Positions 39,425-52,279 of a stretch of 64,000 bases of DNA are shown one piece after another (position 1 is the stretch's first letter; every line of letters starts with the position of its first letter). The notes beneath the pieces were generated by a model. It saw only the letters and a program-made list of their open reading frames with translations. It did not search any database and was not told the origin of the DNA. The position numbers and the translations under genes were made by a program. Origin of the DNA: Octopus vulgaris (taxonomy: Eukaryota); NCBI GenBank assembly GCA_951406725.2, contig OX597835.1:9672001-9736000 (forward strand), written 5' to 3'.

Positions 39425-41469
39425 GATAGAGATATATATACATGTGTAGCTATGTAGATACATATGAATGTATTCCTATGCTTGTATCTTCCTTGTATTT
39501 CTACTGAAGTTTAGAATCATTATTAACGGAGCTTCTAAAATATTAACACCAAAGCGACAAAGATAATTTCATAAAAACCACCATTAATGAGATTTATGGT
39601 GTGAGCACAAAAAAAATCATCCATGAAATCGCTCATGTCCGTAACAGCGGGCAGCCTTCCTCGCTGAGAATGCTATCAGGCTGCTGTTAGTTGCATTAAG
39701 CATCAACAACGGTAAATACACAAACTTGTAATAATTCTCCTTAATCTGCCCACATGTAATCCAATAATCTAACACCAGCTACATGCTTCCTACTCGATAT
39801 AATCACTTCCCGGAATTATAAAAACCTAACACGAGGCACATCATACATAAAACACAATCGCATCAAACAAAACTTATACAGCAGGTATTCCACACACACA
39901 CATCCACACACACAAACACACACATCCACACACACAAACACACACACACACACACATACACACACATACACGAAGCACCACAACAAGAACAAAACAATGA
40001 AATAAATTTTAAGTTTACCATTGTCAGAGTTTCTCTCCTCACTTAAGAGTGGGGGAAAAAACTTTATCAAAGATGACAGATCTTTGCTTTCCTCATCAAT
40101 ATTTATGTCAATCACAGAGTTCTTTTACTGAGTGTTTAGTTGGATCGAATTTTCTATAGCAATCGAATGCTTTCCTACTTTGCTCTTGATAAGGCAATTG
40201 GCCCTCTTTTCTCATTCAGTAGCATAATAATATTAGAATGGATTGTGCGTGGGACATTCATTATCACATAGAGAATGATTTTGCTGTATGTTAATATTAC
40301 TTAATTCATGGTCTGGTTTGAAACTATTACCACAGTTTTACAAATAATACTTCACTCAAATATTCAACGACTACATGCGCAAAGGAATTCGTTGTTGTTT
40401 GTTGTTGTTGAATTTCCTATTAGCAACTTGCGTTGTTATTTCGTAACATGTTTTTAGAAGCCAGCATTGATGTTTTATAATCGCAGCCATATCACTTTCT
40501 GCAATTTATCTACACCTTTTGATGAATATGTGTTGTATGTATTCATGCCTGCAAGTCTATGTAATAATAGCAGCCAGAGAGAAGTGTTTGTTGCGGTCGT
40601 ATTTGTGAGAAGGCTTTCAAATCCACTTTCATATACGCCGTACTCTTAAATATTCACCAATGCAATGCTTTGCTTTGCTTCATTCTTAGCTTTGCATCAT
40701 TTAATAACAATCCAATGGAATATTGAATTGTTTGTTTCCTTTTGTTGATAGAAAAGGTTTTTTTTGTCATTTTGCTGACCAGAAAGCCACTTTCTTTAGA
40801 AATGCAAATGTTTCCCTAAAATATTACTCTATATTTTTCTGTTTGTGAATTGTTTATCAGATCAGAAGGCTCTATTAAGCGGTATTTAACATATATGGTT
40901 CAATAGCATTAAACAAAATTGGAGACAAATCTCCTGTAGATGACGGTAACTTTTACTTCAAAGATAGTTAATTCACCAATGCAGTCAATGAGGGAATTGT
41001 CAACTACCTTTTCATTAAGTATTTTACTGCAGTGAATGGCACATTCTACCATACTACATTTCTAATCCTAAATATATTTAGTTGCGTCTGAACCATGGAC
41101 GCAATGCTTAACATGTGACTTGATACGAAGCACAGATCAAACATGGTGTTTTCCAGTTCTGAAACAAGTCGCGTTCAATCTATAAAACCACTTTCTCTAT
41201 GATGCTCCACAAGCTGTTTTTGCGATTATACTGTTTTCTTTTTTTCTTTTCTTCCTTCCGCTCGTGTTGCCATTTGTATTTCCCTAATCTCTTTCTCAGA
41301 TTTATTCCCCATTGACGACATAAAAATATTTTCAATGAGGGTAGCTTGCATTTGATTAATGATCTTTTTCCTTCCCACAATGCAACCACATCTCCTTCAA
41401 TTTGATTGCAACTGTCATATTACCTCTTAGGGTCAACTAATTCTTCTTCAACTTCAGTCTCCTCCCCGC

Positions 41470-41740
41470 CTTTATACAGTCTAATGTACCCTAAGTGGCC
41501 TCGCCATCGTTGTTTTGTTGTTTCTAATCTCACTTCACCACTCAAATCATCTGTGGTAATCTTTATTTGGGCAGTTTCTAACTTCCATTATGCATCGTCA
41601 TTTGAAAACAACCTGCTATTTTAGAAAAGTTCCCTCCAAATACACTTCGTTGTCTTCATCTTAACCCAGTGCTACTTTAGATTCGACATGTTACAGTCAT
41701 AAACCGAAACCATTTTCTCGCCACCCCATAATTTCTTCCA
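41470..41740 (-). mobile_element. Possible old RTE-like LINE RT C-terminal relic
   Basis: Fragments LWGGEKM, TKCIWREL and KQRWRGHLGYIRL fall in the order of LYGxExW, KCLRRIL and RRWRWxGH motifs. Highly decayed. Confidence 0.3.
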
Positions 41741-41866
41741 GTCCTATATCTCAAACTTTACGTTTACTTAAACGGTTCTTTTCTTTTTCCTTTTCTCTAT
41801 TCTGACCACAATTATTTGTATACTGCAAGTTCGTTTAGTTTATTATTAAGTTAAATTAAATGCCTG

Positions 41867-41904
<38 letters not shown>

Positions 41905-42120
41905 TTATATCATTTTCATCCATTGTTGTTTGAAATGCCTTATGTACGTTCTCTTTAATGCAGTCTACAATAGCTATTAGTTTACTTTGATGTTTATTGT
42001 TGTAAACTTAATTTTAAATTATAAGTTAATGTTTAAATACAATAATTATTGATAAACTACTAGTTCTCTTGTATAGAATATATATTTAATAATCTAGCTT
42101 TTTAATAATAATAATACTAA

Positions 42121-42250
<130 letters not shown>

Positions 42251-42252
42251 CT

Positions 42253-42460
42253 GAGGCGGCGAGCAGGTAGAATCGTTAGCACGGCGGTCATAATGCTTAT
42301 TGGCATTTTATCCGTCTTTACATTCTGAGTTCAAATTCCGCGAGGTTGACGTTGCCTTTCATCTATTCAAAGGCGTTAAAATAAGTACAAGTTGAGTACT
42401 GGGGTCGTTGTGGTTCCCTACAACCTCGCCACCCCCCAAATTTCAGGCCTTGTAGAAACG
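42253..42460 (+). mobile_element. SINE family D, diverged
   Basis: GAGGCGGCGAGCAGGTAGAATCGTTAGCACG...GAGTTCAAATTCCGC...TTGCCTTTCATC. Confidence 0.82.
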
Positions 42461-44037
42461 ATTATTATTGTTGTTGTTATAAGAGAACTTTATGATTAAT
42501 AAAATAGCATCAACTTGAAAAAATGAGTTGTTTATTAAATTTTCTTCTCGCTAGCAAAGGACTTGGGAGACATCTTGTTCAAATAGTATTTGCTACTGGG
42601 ACAGTATTTAGCATACAATATTGTTTTTCTATATATTATACACTGAGTGTATAATATATAAACACATTGTAAATTTTCCGCTTAGTTAATCGTATATTTA
42701 TTTGCACATTTCTGGTAGACTCATTACGTATGACGATTGTATAGAACCTAGCTACATTATGTTCAATGCAATAATACAAAAGCATTCTTTATGGCTACCA
42801 AAGCAAATGCAGTTACGTCACAGATAAGATTATAGCTATTTTGATGCAGCAATTATTTTGCGCTTAATGTTTAGCTTTCATGTATTTCCAAGTCGTTACA
42901 GAAAGGAAAATTATTCTTCTGTTGTAGCCCCTCTATGGACTTTCGAATTATTTGCATGATAACTCTCCATTGCTTTTAATGTCAATTCTCATGTTTTCCC
43001 AACATAATGAAGTATTTTACTATCTCTGCTATACTATTTGACTAACTTCACTTTCAAGCTGCGGCCATTTGCAGCATATTATCAAACACCTTCAATGGTG
43101 ACTATATGACAACAGTAGTCTGTTTGTATGTAATAGTTATTAAATATTATCATTGACAATGATGCTCGTGTCGTCTGCACGTATGTGTGTGTGTCGTGAC
43201 ACTTGTGACTGTTCATATTGTATATAGTATTTACCGCCAAACACGGTTTACGCATTTACAAAACAAAAGTAAATCACCGAGCAAACAGCGTAACTTCGTA
43301 TAAGCACTTAGCTATTTATACTGGTTTGTGAAGAAACTTCAGCAAACACACACAGACAAGCATGTACACATAAGGTGTAGCAGACAAATATAAAAATGTA
43401 TAAACAGAAAATTAAAGTCTAATTCGAAAGCGATGTTTTACTTGTAAGTAACATTTAACAAAAGTAGGAAATGGCCTTTAACCGTTCGTCCTTTAATGCT
43501 AAATAGCGTTTTAACAAATGTAGTCAGTAACCTTAAAGAAAAATGGCAGTCATTTGACAGAAGCATTTTACTAGTAAATAGCTTTTGAAAATACGTTGGT
43601 GGTGAAAATGATTACATAATGGACATTTTTTTTTTAAATGTTGTGGATAGACATTTTCCTGTTAGGTTAATCTCTCGAGTCATTCAAGTTCCAGTTGGAG
43701 AACAAGGTGAGTGTACAGAAGGATATAATGCCCTCGCATAAAACAGCTAACCTCTGGATCAGGACGGTGAATATGCAGAGCTTCACCATGCGCCAATGAA
43801 TCGGAAAAAAAAAAAAGATCTGAGGGAGATAAATTACCATTGGAAATAAGGAACATCTGGAAACCATGATTGGTTTCCCTCTTTTTTTCTCCTGTTGAGA
43901 TATTTCTTGCCATACATGCTTCTATTATTGACTTTTATGCCTGTTTTTTCAAAGTTGGCCTAATCTTCCCCAATTTTGCAACTTGCTCATATAATTTTGC
44001 CTTATGTGTCGCTCTGTTAGCCATAATACATGGTTAA

Positions 44038-44092
<55 letters not shown>

Positions 44093-44116
44093 TATTATTA
44101 TCATTATTAATGTTTA

Positions 44117-44228
44117 GGGCGGCGAGCTGGCAGAATCGTTCGCACGCTAAGCGAAATGCATAGCGGCATTTCGTCTGTCACTACGTTCTAAGTTCAAATT
44201 CCGCCGAGGTCGACTTTGCCTTTCATCC
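44117..44228 (+). mobile_element. SINE family D, 3'-truncated
   Basis: GGCGGCGAGCTGGCAGAATCGTT...GACTTTGCCTTTCATCC. Confidence 0.85.
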
Positions 44229-44230
44229 TA

Positions 44231-44310
44231 TGGCATATGGCGTAATGGTTAAGAGCGCGGGCTACTAACCCCAACATTCCGAGTTCGATTCCTGGCTGTG
44301 ACCAGAATAA
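44231..44310 (+). mobile_element. tRNA-like SINE head (family G) followed by (AAC)n
   Basis: A-box TGGCGTAATGG, anticodon-like arm GCGGG-CTACTAA-CCCCA and B-box GAGTTCGATTCC. No paired acceptor stem. Confidence 0.6.
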
Positions 44311-44359
44311 CAACAACATCAACAAAAACAATAATAATAATTATAATTATAATAATGTA

Positions 44360-44548
44360 TACATTTCTTGTTTAAATTTTTCTGTCATTATATAATTTTC
44401 GGTTTTGATGACGCCGGCCTTCTTCGTATGTTTCAACAATGGCTCCACGGCTTCTTCTTTTGTATACCACCCTAAGTTGTTTTCCTCTGTTTCACTACAG
44501 TCCTGGCAACTAATCAAACCTCTCCCACCATTTCTTCTAGACAAATAC
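44360..44548 (-). mobile_element. R4/Dong-like retrotransposon internal ORF fragment (post-RT region)
   Basis: YLSRRNGGRGLISCQDCSETEENNLGWYTKEEAVEPLLK matches the LYLPRxxGGRGLIS...EENNLGWY...EPLL pattern. Confidence 0.78.
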
Positions 44549-44869
44549 CCCATCCCGCTCAAATGATCCTAGAGTAAGGGTTGTTTAGGGATGTTGCACA
44601 AAACACCCACGTGTTTCAAAGTTGAATCATTCAAACCCCAAAGAATTCATCTCAACACATGGCTATGATGCTCCCCCACTATTTCTGTTCATAATCAGGG
44701 ACGCACATATCGTCAGCCACCAAAGGAGATGCTCAACTGGTTAAGGTCAAGCGAGTGACAAGCAAATCTGTGGTATTGAGCAGAATATTTGCTGTAGGCC
44801 ACCTTTTATACCAAGACAAAACAATGTACATGATAACACTTCCAATCACTTAAGATCAAAAGCCATGAA

Positions 44870-44870
<1 letters not shown>
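44549..44870 (-). mobile_element. Dispersed repeat family E (copy 2)
   Basis: Reverse complement matches 1642-1935. Starts at the TTA array 44871-44926. Confidence 0.78.
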
Positions 44871-44926
<56 letters not shown>

Positions 44927-46094
44927 GACCGACTATGTACATGGGCGCTCAAAAAATCCGCTGAGTGTTTAATTACATGTCTTTACATTTTTAGTTCAAA
45001 TAACACTGAAGTATAACATTTCCTTTCATCCTGCTTGGGTGAATAAAATATTTAATTTCTGTATTACATTATAGCATGAATAAAATATGACTCCGACAGG
45101 TACCTGGGGTCGATCTAATCGATTATACTCTCTGTCTCTGTCTCAAAAATATATGTTCTTGTGCTAACATTATAAATCATAATCATTACAACTATATATC
45201 AGACAATATAAGAAATATGCATTATTGTAATAATAGCCGTTGCTGTAGAAGCATTTGGGGGTTTGTTTTTTTTTCTATTTTGATCTTCTGTAATTTTGCT
45301 TCGTATTTTCATTACTATTAACGAATAGGAAATGGTTAATCTATATATTTTACATGGTTTTATTTGTTACGGTTTGCGAAAAATTTATCACAGATTTAGT
45401 ATATAACATCAAAAGTCTATGCTCAAAAATAATCTTTTGTTGTCTGTTTGTTTTGTTTTTTTGGGTTTTTTTTTCATTTCCATTCTTCATTTTTCATGTT
45501 GTCCTTTTTTCTTAATGCCATGCTACAATCCGATTTTCACAATATTGGGAAATTCCAATATTACATTGTCTGCCGCCATCTTGAATAAGCCAGGACTCTT
45601 TAACGTGATTGTATTGATTTTATTTGGCCAGTTATATTCTATCAATGGTGAGCATATTTTTGAAAAGAGATCTCTCATTCTTTCCTCCTTACATACATCT
45701 TCCGTTGATTCTTTTTTCCTTCCATCCAACTTATATTTCCATTCTTTCTTCCATCCTACTCACTCGGCATCTCCTTCTCTCACCGCTCCTCCAGCAACTC
45801 CTATTCAGGATTTGATACATTTTCTGAAAAAAGGCGGAGGAAGAGGCGGGTGACGAAGACAAGGGAAGAGGAGGAGGAGGAGGAGGAGGAGGTATTAATT
45901 AACATTTCATTGCATATTTCTCTCATTCCTTCTGGCATTGTACTCTTCGTACTCTGTTTCGTTATTACGATTTACAGGTTCATAGTTACAACTCAAATAT
46001 ATACATACATAGATACATATACATATACACACATATGTATATATATATAGATATATAGATATATATACATATGTGTAAATGAATGTGTATATAC

Positions 46095-46162
<68 letters not shown>

Positions 46163-46281
46163 TTTATTAAACTTTTAATACTTTTGATATTTATATATAT
46201 AAAAAATTATATAAAATAAAAATAAAGATTAATAAATAAATTAATTAATTAATAAAAAAAATAATATATAAATTTAAAAAT

Positions 46282-46345
<64 letters not shown>

Positions 46346-46427
46346 CTATGTATATATTTAAAATTTATAAGTTTAGATTATTTAAATAATTTTTTAATTT
46401 TTAACTTTTATATTTTTAAATTAATTT

Positions 46428-46595
46428 TATGTATTGGCTTATGTTTTTCACTGTTTGATTTGCCTAATGGTGGTTTTATCTCTAATTTAATATAATATAA
46501 TATAATATAATATATTTTTACTATGAAATTGGATTTAATCCTAAATCTAATTTTTCCCTGTAAGTTTGGATTTATTCCCTAATATTATTATTATT
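46428..46595 (+). mobile_element. Terminal fragment of the hammerhead-bearing element at 30895-31480
   Basis: GTATTGGCTTA...TTTGATTTGCCTAAT...TTTTTCCCTGTAAGTTTGGATTTATTCCCTAATATT. Confidence 0.8.
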
Positions 46596-46609
46596 ATTAT
46601 ATATATATA

Positions 46610-46831
46610 TAAATTCTTTTATTGGTTTCAGTCATTAACTGCGTTCACGTTGGAGCATCGCGTTTAGTAGAGTAAATCGACCTCAAGGCATTCCTTGTGA
46701 GCCTAGTACTTATTCTATCGGTTTGTTTTGCCGAACAGCTTGGTTACAGGGACGTATACACACCAACATCGGTTGTCAGGCGATAGTGGTGGGACCAAAA
46801 CACAGACATACAAACATATTCACACACACAC
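46610..46831 (-). mobile_element. SINE family A, 3' half
   Basis: GTTTCAGTCATT...AGCCTAGTACTTATTCTATCGG...CACCAACATCGGTTGTC. Confidence 0.8.
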
Positions 46832-47628
46832 AGCTTGGCATTCGCATCGGAAGCTGCAATATGAACATTTCAGAGTGCTTGTGTCGATCTGAGAACTGTG
46901 CAATCAGATGAAATGTACCAAGCGTAATAAAAATCAAACATCCAGTAAACATTATAGCCTTGTCACTCTCTGTGTCACGCTGAATATCCTCGAGAACTAC
47001 GTTAAGGGTACACGTGTCTGTGGAGTGCTCAGCCACTTACACATTAATTTCACGAGCAGGCTGTTCCGTTGATTCGGATCAACCGGAACCCTCATCGTCG
47101 TAACCGACGGAGTGCTTCCATGGCTCCATTCATCTTCCCACCTGGCCTTAGACTCAACAGGAAGGCTTACATCAAGTGCCTGGATGAGTTAATGCAACCC
47201 TGGATCATGAAAGTGGCTGTTGGAAGGCCCTATGTCAGACAAAAGGCCTCTGTACCATGCCACAGTATTAGAACCCAGTCATGACTGTCAGACATTTTCT
47301 GTCACCACATCACCCCTAACATCTTGCCACCAAACTCCCCAGACTGCAATTCCCTTGATTATAATATGCGGGGTGCAGTTGAGGGACAGACCAACAAAAT
47401 ACCTTGTAACACCAAAGTCGAACTTAAACAAGGAGACCGTCCAGAACAATTGCAGGAGATTCTGAATTCGTCTGGAAGCTGTGGTTGAAGGCAATGGCGA
47501 TTTTATTGAATAAATTTAGTCTCTAGTATTTGAAGATATCTTTATGTAATATTGGTAAATATATCTGTAAAAATGGAGTGTCAGTGTTATTACCACTTTT
47601 TCGAAATTTAGACAATATATTCACCGCA
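46832..47628 (+). mobile_element. Tc1/mariner (maT-like) transposase relic, internally deleted and interrupted by SINE B
   Basis: ...IKIKHPVNI [SINE B] MAPFIFPPGLRLNRKAYIKCLDELMQPWIMKVAVGRPYVRQKASVPCHSIRTQS*LSDIFCHHITPNILPPNSPDCNSLDY...RLEAVVEGNGDFIE*. End homologous to 34805. Confidence 0.88.
46957..47120 (+). mobile_element. SINE family B, 5'-truncated, inside the transposase relic
   Basis: GCCTTGTCACTCTCTGTGTCACGCTG...GACGGAGTGCTTCCA. Confidence 0.92.
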
Positions 47629-47632
47629 ATTT

Positions 47633-47676
<44 letters not shown>

Positions 47677-47724
47677 AAAAAAAGTCAAGATAGAAAGTGC
47701 TAAAATAATTTTGTAAAAACATTT

Positions 47725-47761
47725 CAATACCGGTTTCAGTCATTGAGACTTTTTTCAACTG
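47725..47761 (-). ncRNA. Candidate minimal hammerhead, U3-A8 core variant (second family)
   Basis: CAG UUGAAAA A AGUC-UCAAU-GACU GAAAC CG GUA UUG. Palindromic helix III ACCGGU. About 50 nt from (TA)n 47635-47674. Confidence 0.62.
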
Positions 47762-47926
47762 TAAGTATGGAAAGCAATTAAATTTTTGAAAAAATTTAAA
47801 GAAAAGTGTTTTAAAAGAATATATGCATAGTGTTCAAATACAGGTGGAATTTTCCATGCTCCTACTTGTCTCTGTCTCTCTTGTTTACTCCTGTGGGTTC
47901 GAGATCGTTGTGAATTCTTGGTAGGG

Positions 47927-48047
47927 AAGAAGAAGATGATGAAGAAGAAGAAGAAGAAGAAGAAGAAGAAGAAGAAGAATGAAGAAGAAGAAGAAGAAGA
48001 AGAAGAAGATGAAGAAGAAGAAGAAGAAGAAGAAGAAGAAGAAGAAG

Positions 48048-48077
<30 letters not shown>
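47927..48077 (+). repeat. (GAA)n microsatellite
   Basis: Direct reading. Confidence 0.97.
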
Positions 48078-48079
<2 letters not shown>

Positions 48080-48156
48080 TGTGGGAGTCGCATGTCAGTA
48101 GTATGTTAAATGGTCAATCGCTTGCTGTGGATGGTAGTAGTAATTGTTGAATTCCT

Positions 48157-48190
<34 letters not shown>

Positions 48191-48193
<3 letters not shown>

Positions 48194-48528
48194 GTGACCC
48201 CCTTCGGTCAGACACTGACCATGGGTTTGCACCTAGAGAGTTACTCTCTGAGGCACAAGTCTGGGCACGGTTGTTTCATGGAAGACCAGCAGTCACCCAT
48301 GCATACCGGCCTCCCCTCTCCACGCCACCGATGTTTATCCAAGGGAAAGACAAAGGTCGATACAGCTTGGCACCTGTGACGTCGCAACTCATTTCTACAG
48401 CTGAGTGAACTGGAGCAACGTGAAATAAAGTGCCTTGCTCAAGAACACAACACGCAGCCCGGTCCGGAATTCGAGCTCATAACCTCACGATCGTAAGCTC
48501 GACGCTCTAACCACTGAGCCACGCGCCT
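48191..48528 (-). mobile_element. SINE family F (tRNA head, CTTGAGCAAGGCAC central motif) in (TA)n
   Basis: Minus strand AGGCGCGTGGCTCAGTGGTTAGAGCG...CTCGAATTCC...GTGTTCTTGAGCAAGGCACTTTATTTCAC. An older fragment lies at ~58580-58680. Confidence 0.85.
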
Positions 48529-48666
48529 ATATATATATATATACCGTTGCTCAGTCCTCTCCAGTTCGTTACGCTCTGGCTTTTCCTTTCCCAATATTAC
48601 GGACCGCTTCTCCCTCATTCCCCATTTGTTAATGTAAGCAAGTGATTTGTGTCTGTGCGTGCCTTT

Positions 48667-48748
<82 letters not shown>

Positions 48749-49440
48749 CTGCATGTGTGTGCGTGTAAATCTCACTGGGTTGTTACGATTTTGATCGTCA
48801 AAATACTTAAAGAGAACAAATAAGAACAGAAAAAAAGGAATCATTCATCAGAAAGGAAAAATTCCAAAACTGGATTGCGATGTGTGGGTTAATGGTGAGT
48901 GGAATGTTATTGATGGAATCGATGAATAGTGTTTGAGTTTTCATTAATGAGACGATCTGAGCGACAGAATGTAAAACAAACAGCCAAGAAACTTGTTAAA
49001 ATACACAGGGCTGGAGGAGGAAAATACAGGGGCAAAAGATGGTTATCTACGTTTGTTTATATAATTCAGTAAAGACATAAATGCTAAAACACTAAAATTT
49101 ATTTGAAATTTAAATTAAGTTAATCGATGCATAACTATGAACCAAATGAACTAATTTGTCATTTTTCATTAGTAAAAGTATCGGACAAAATATTTAACAT
49201 GTATCTAATTATATAAACAATCAATGAATATTTATATCGAGAAATAGATGAGTTTATATTAGCCCTGACAACGTTTAATGCTAAAACGATCGGATTTCAG
49301 GTATTATTAACTATAGTTTTGACTTCTATCATTTACTTGTTTCAGTCAATAGACTGTGACCATGCTGGGTCACCATCTTGAAGGATGTTAGTCGAACGAA
49401 TCGACCACAGTTCTTATTGTGTCGGTCGCATATATACATA

Positions 49441-49516
<76 letters not shown>

Positions 49517-49546
49517 CCTAAACATATACATATATATGTATATATG

Positions 49547-49591
<45 letters not shown>

Positions 49592-49623
49592 TATATATAT
49601 ATACAATGTATATATATGTATGC

Positions 49624-49663
<40 letters not shown>

Positions 49664-49697
49664 GTATATATATTATACATATATATATACATATATA

Positions 49698-49758
<61 letters not shown>

Positions 49759-49760
<2 letters not shown>

Positions 49761-49949
49761 TCGTTAGCCACTACACACATTTTTTCTCTCCTTGTTTCTC
49801 TCCTTGTTTTTTTCTGTGTCCCTTTCTGTAGAAGAGCGTAGGTTCGAAACATAAAAGACATTTTCTATTCCTGAGCTTTATACTAATACATCTGTTTGTT
49901 TTGTACACCACCTGTCTTCGTCTTTTGTTTATTTTCGTAAACTTTCTCC

Positions 49950-49950
<1 letters not shown>
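49759..49950 (+). mobile_element. Element family H with hammerhead-like motif (copy 3)
   Basis: Reverse-complement homolog of 21133-21310, flanked by (TA)n(GA)n and (TA)n. Confidence 0.82.
49822..49857 (+). ncRNA. Candidate minimal hammerhead, CUGUNGA core (copy 3, helix III mutated)
   Basis: CUUU CUGUAGA A GAGC-GUAG-GUUC GAAAC AUA AAAG. Confidence 0.5.
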
Positions 49951-49984
<34 letters not shown>

Positions 49985-51664
49985 ATATATATATATGGTT
50001 TACATTGTTTTTTTTACAAAATCTACTCAGACAGCTTTGGTCGGTTGGAGGTGATAGTATAAGACATGAACCCATTTTGTCACGCAATGGAACTGGACCC
50101 AGAACAATGTTGTTGTGAAGGAAACTTCTTAGTATACAGTCACGCCTATTGCGTAACTATTTTGAGATCTTGTGGTAGTTTATGTTGCATATTTTTAAGA
50201 GTGAATTATCTATACCATTTTAATATCTTTGATCTATGTTAGTATTAAAAATATCGTAAATATATACACGTTTACGTGTGTGTGTGTGTGTGTGTGTGTG
50301 CGTGCATGTGTATGTGTATTGCAATTTGACTGTTATGGTACTATGCATATATTTACAACAGTTAAATATTTAATAACATCGGAAAATTTCTAGGAGTTAA
50401 AGCAACACCGGACAACACAGAACATGCCCCGAGGGAAGTCATTGAAATTTTTAAAGATCCGACATGGGACACAAGAGAAAGGTTATAGTTAATGAGCTTA
50501 TGCTAATTGATTAATTATTAATAAATATAAAAGAAGGAAATAAAAGATGTGGTTAGAGACGTGTCTTGGTTATATAAATATATACACATTGCATAAGTTC
50601 ACATAATTAGATCTTTTCTATTGCCGGGATAATGACCTTTGCTCTTCTTTTTAATTGACTGTTCTCGTATTTCCCCTACTCGGTCATCCCTTAAACGAGT
50701 TCCTCTATTACTCGGATCCACTAGTTGCATCGAGACAACCTTTCCCAGCACTGCTACCCTAAATCCTTCTCCCATCAGAACCTCGCATCATTGGAATCGC
50801 TTCTTCGCTCACTTCTTAACTTCAGGTTTGAACCTTTGATATATTAAACGGAAACTTAACGACGTCAGTTTCTCCAGTCTGGGACAGCCCCTAAGAACCA
50901 CGTATTCTTTTTTTTTCTCTTAGCAACTAATAAAGTATATACCGCATACATTTTACACATACATTCGTCTACAAGACAAACCATAAATACACATATCTGC
51001 AGTGAGCTTACCACATACCTACAGGGAAATATTTTACATACCTAATGCGTTAGATGTACCTAACTTTGAACCTAACACCACAAATTAACTCCCTATCCTG
51101 AATAAGCTCATTTGCTAATTTGTATAATACCAGGCTATATTGATGCCTCACAAAAGCTTTCCTACATTCCTGGTGATTTTAACCTTAAAACACCATACGA
51201 TCGTTTGTATACACTTCATTTTATTGTCTCTAATTTTTATTATACATTGTTACATTGTAACAACATAACAGACACATAATAACATTACGTACACAGTAAT
51301 AACATAATAGATAATAATTAGACCATTATAATACATACTGCCTCACCACATGGTTCTGTTATAATGTTTAACCTCTAACATTCCTTTATTTTCCACTCTA
51401 TTACATTAGCACCCGTGTACACGACCTCTACCCTATCGACGTTGTTATGACTATCTTCTGACATTAACCGTTGTAGTCTCCTTTTATTTAAAAGTCTTCA
51501 TTGTGAAACTTATACTTATAACTGTGAGGTGTTTTTATTGTTATAACTCCAATAGATGTTTATGCAAACTATTTCTACGTTAAAAAAACACTATTTTATC
51601 GATGTATACATTAATATATATGTGGATATATGTCTGTGGTTTTTGTATATACGCATATGTCTAT

Positions 51665-51900
51665 GTGAATGCGTGTAAATGCGTGTGTGTGTGTGTGTAT
51701 GTGTGTGTGTGTGTATGTTTGTGTCTGTATGTGTGTATGTGTGTGTGTGTATGTATGTGTGTGTATGTGTGTATGTATATGTGTATGTGTGTGTATGTAT
51801 GTATGTGTGTGTGTATGTATGTGTGTGTGTATGTATATGTGTATGTGTATGTATGTATATGTGTGTGGGGGTGGGGTGTATGTGTGTGTGTGTATGTGTA
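51665..51900 (+). repeat. (TG)n/(TATG)n compound microsatellite
   Basis: Direct reading. Confidence 0.95.
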
Positions 51901-52279
51901 AATATATGGACATACGTGCATAGCAATCATGTAACAACAACACCTTAAAAGAAACTCATTAAATTAATATTCTTCAGAGTTGAATACAAAAACATCCCTT
52001 TAACTACATTATCATTTGAACAGTTCGGTGTTTATCGTAAATGATCGATATTAAGGTGTACGTGAATCTGATGAAGACATCTATTTAATTATATATAATT
52101 TTCAATAACATACATAGAAGCATTCTTGCCTTTTGTCGTCTTTGACAATATCTAATCGTTCCTTCCTTTCACTTCTTCTAAACTCATTCATTACTTTTTT
52201 TTTTAAAACGCTAAACAAACATTATAATTTTCGTTTAGCGTTTCATTTCGGTCCTGTCAAAAATAATTACTTCCCCTGC

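Noticed and set aside
46160-46425. Almost pure A/T low-complexity stretch
   Set aside because: No structure recognised; may be degraded TA repeat or low-quality consensus.
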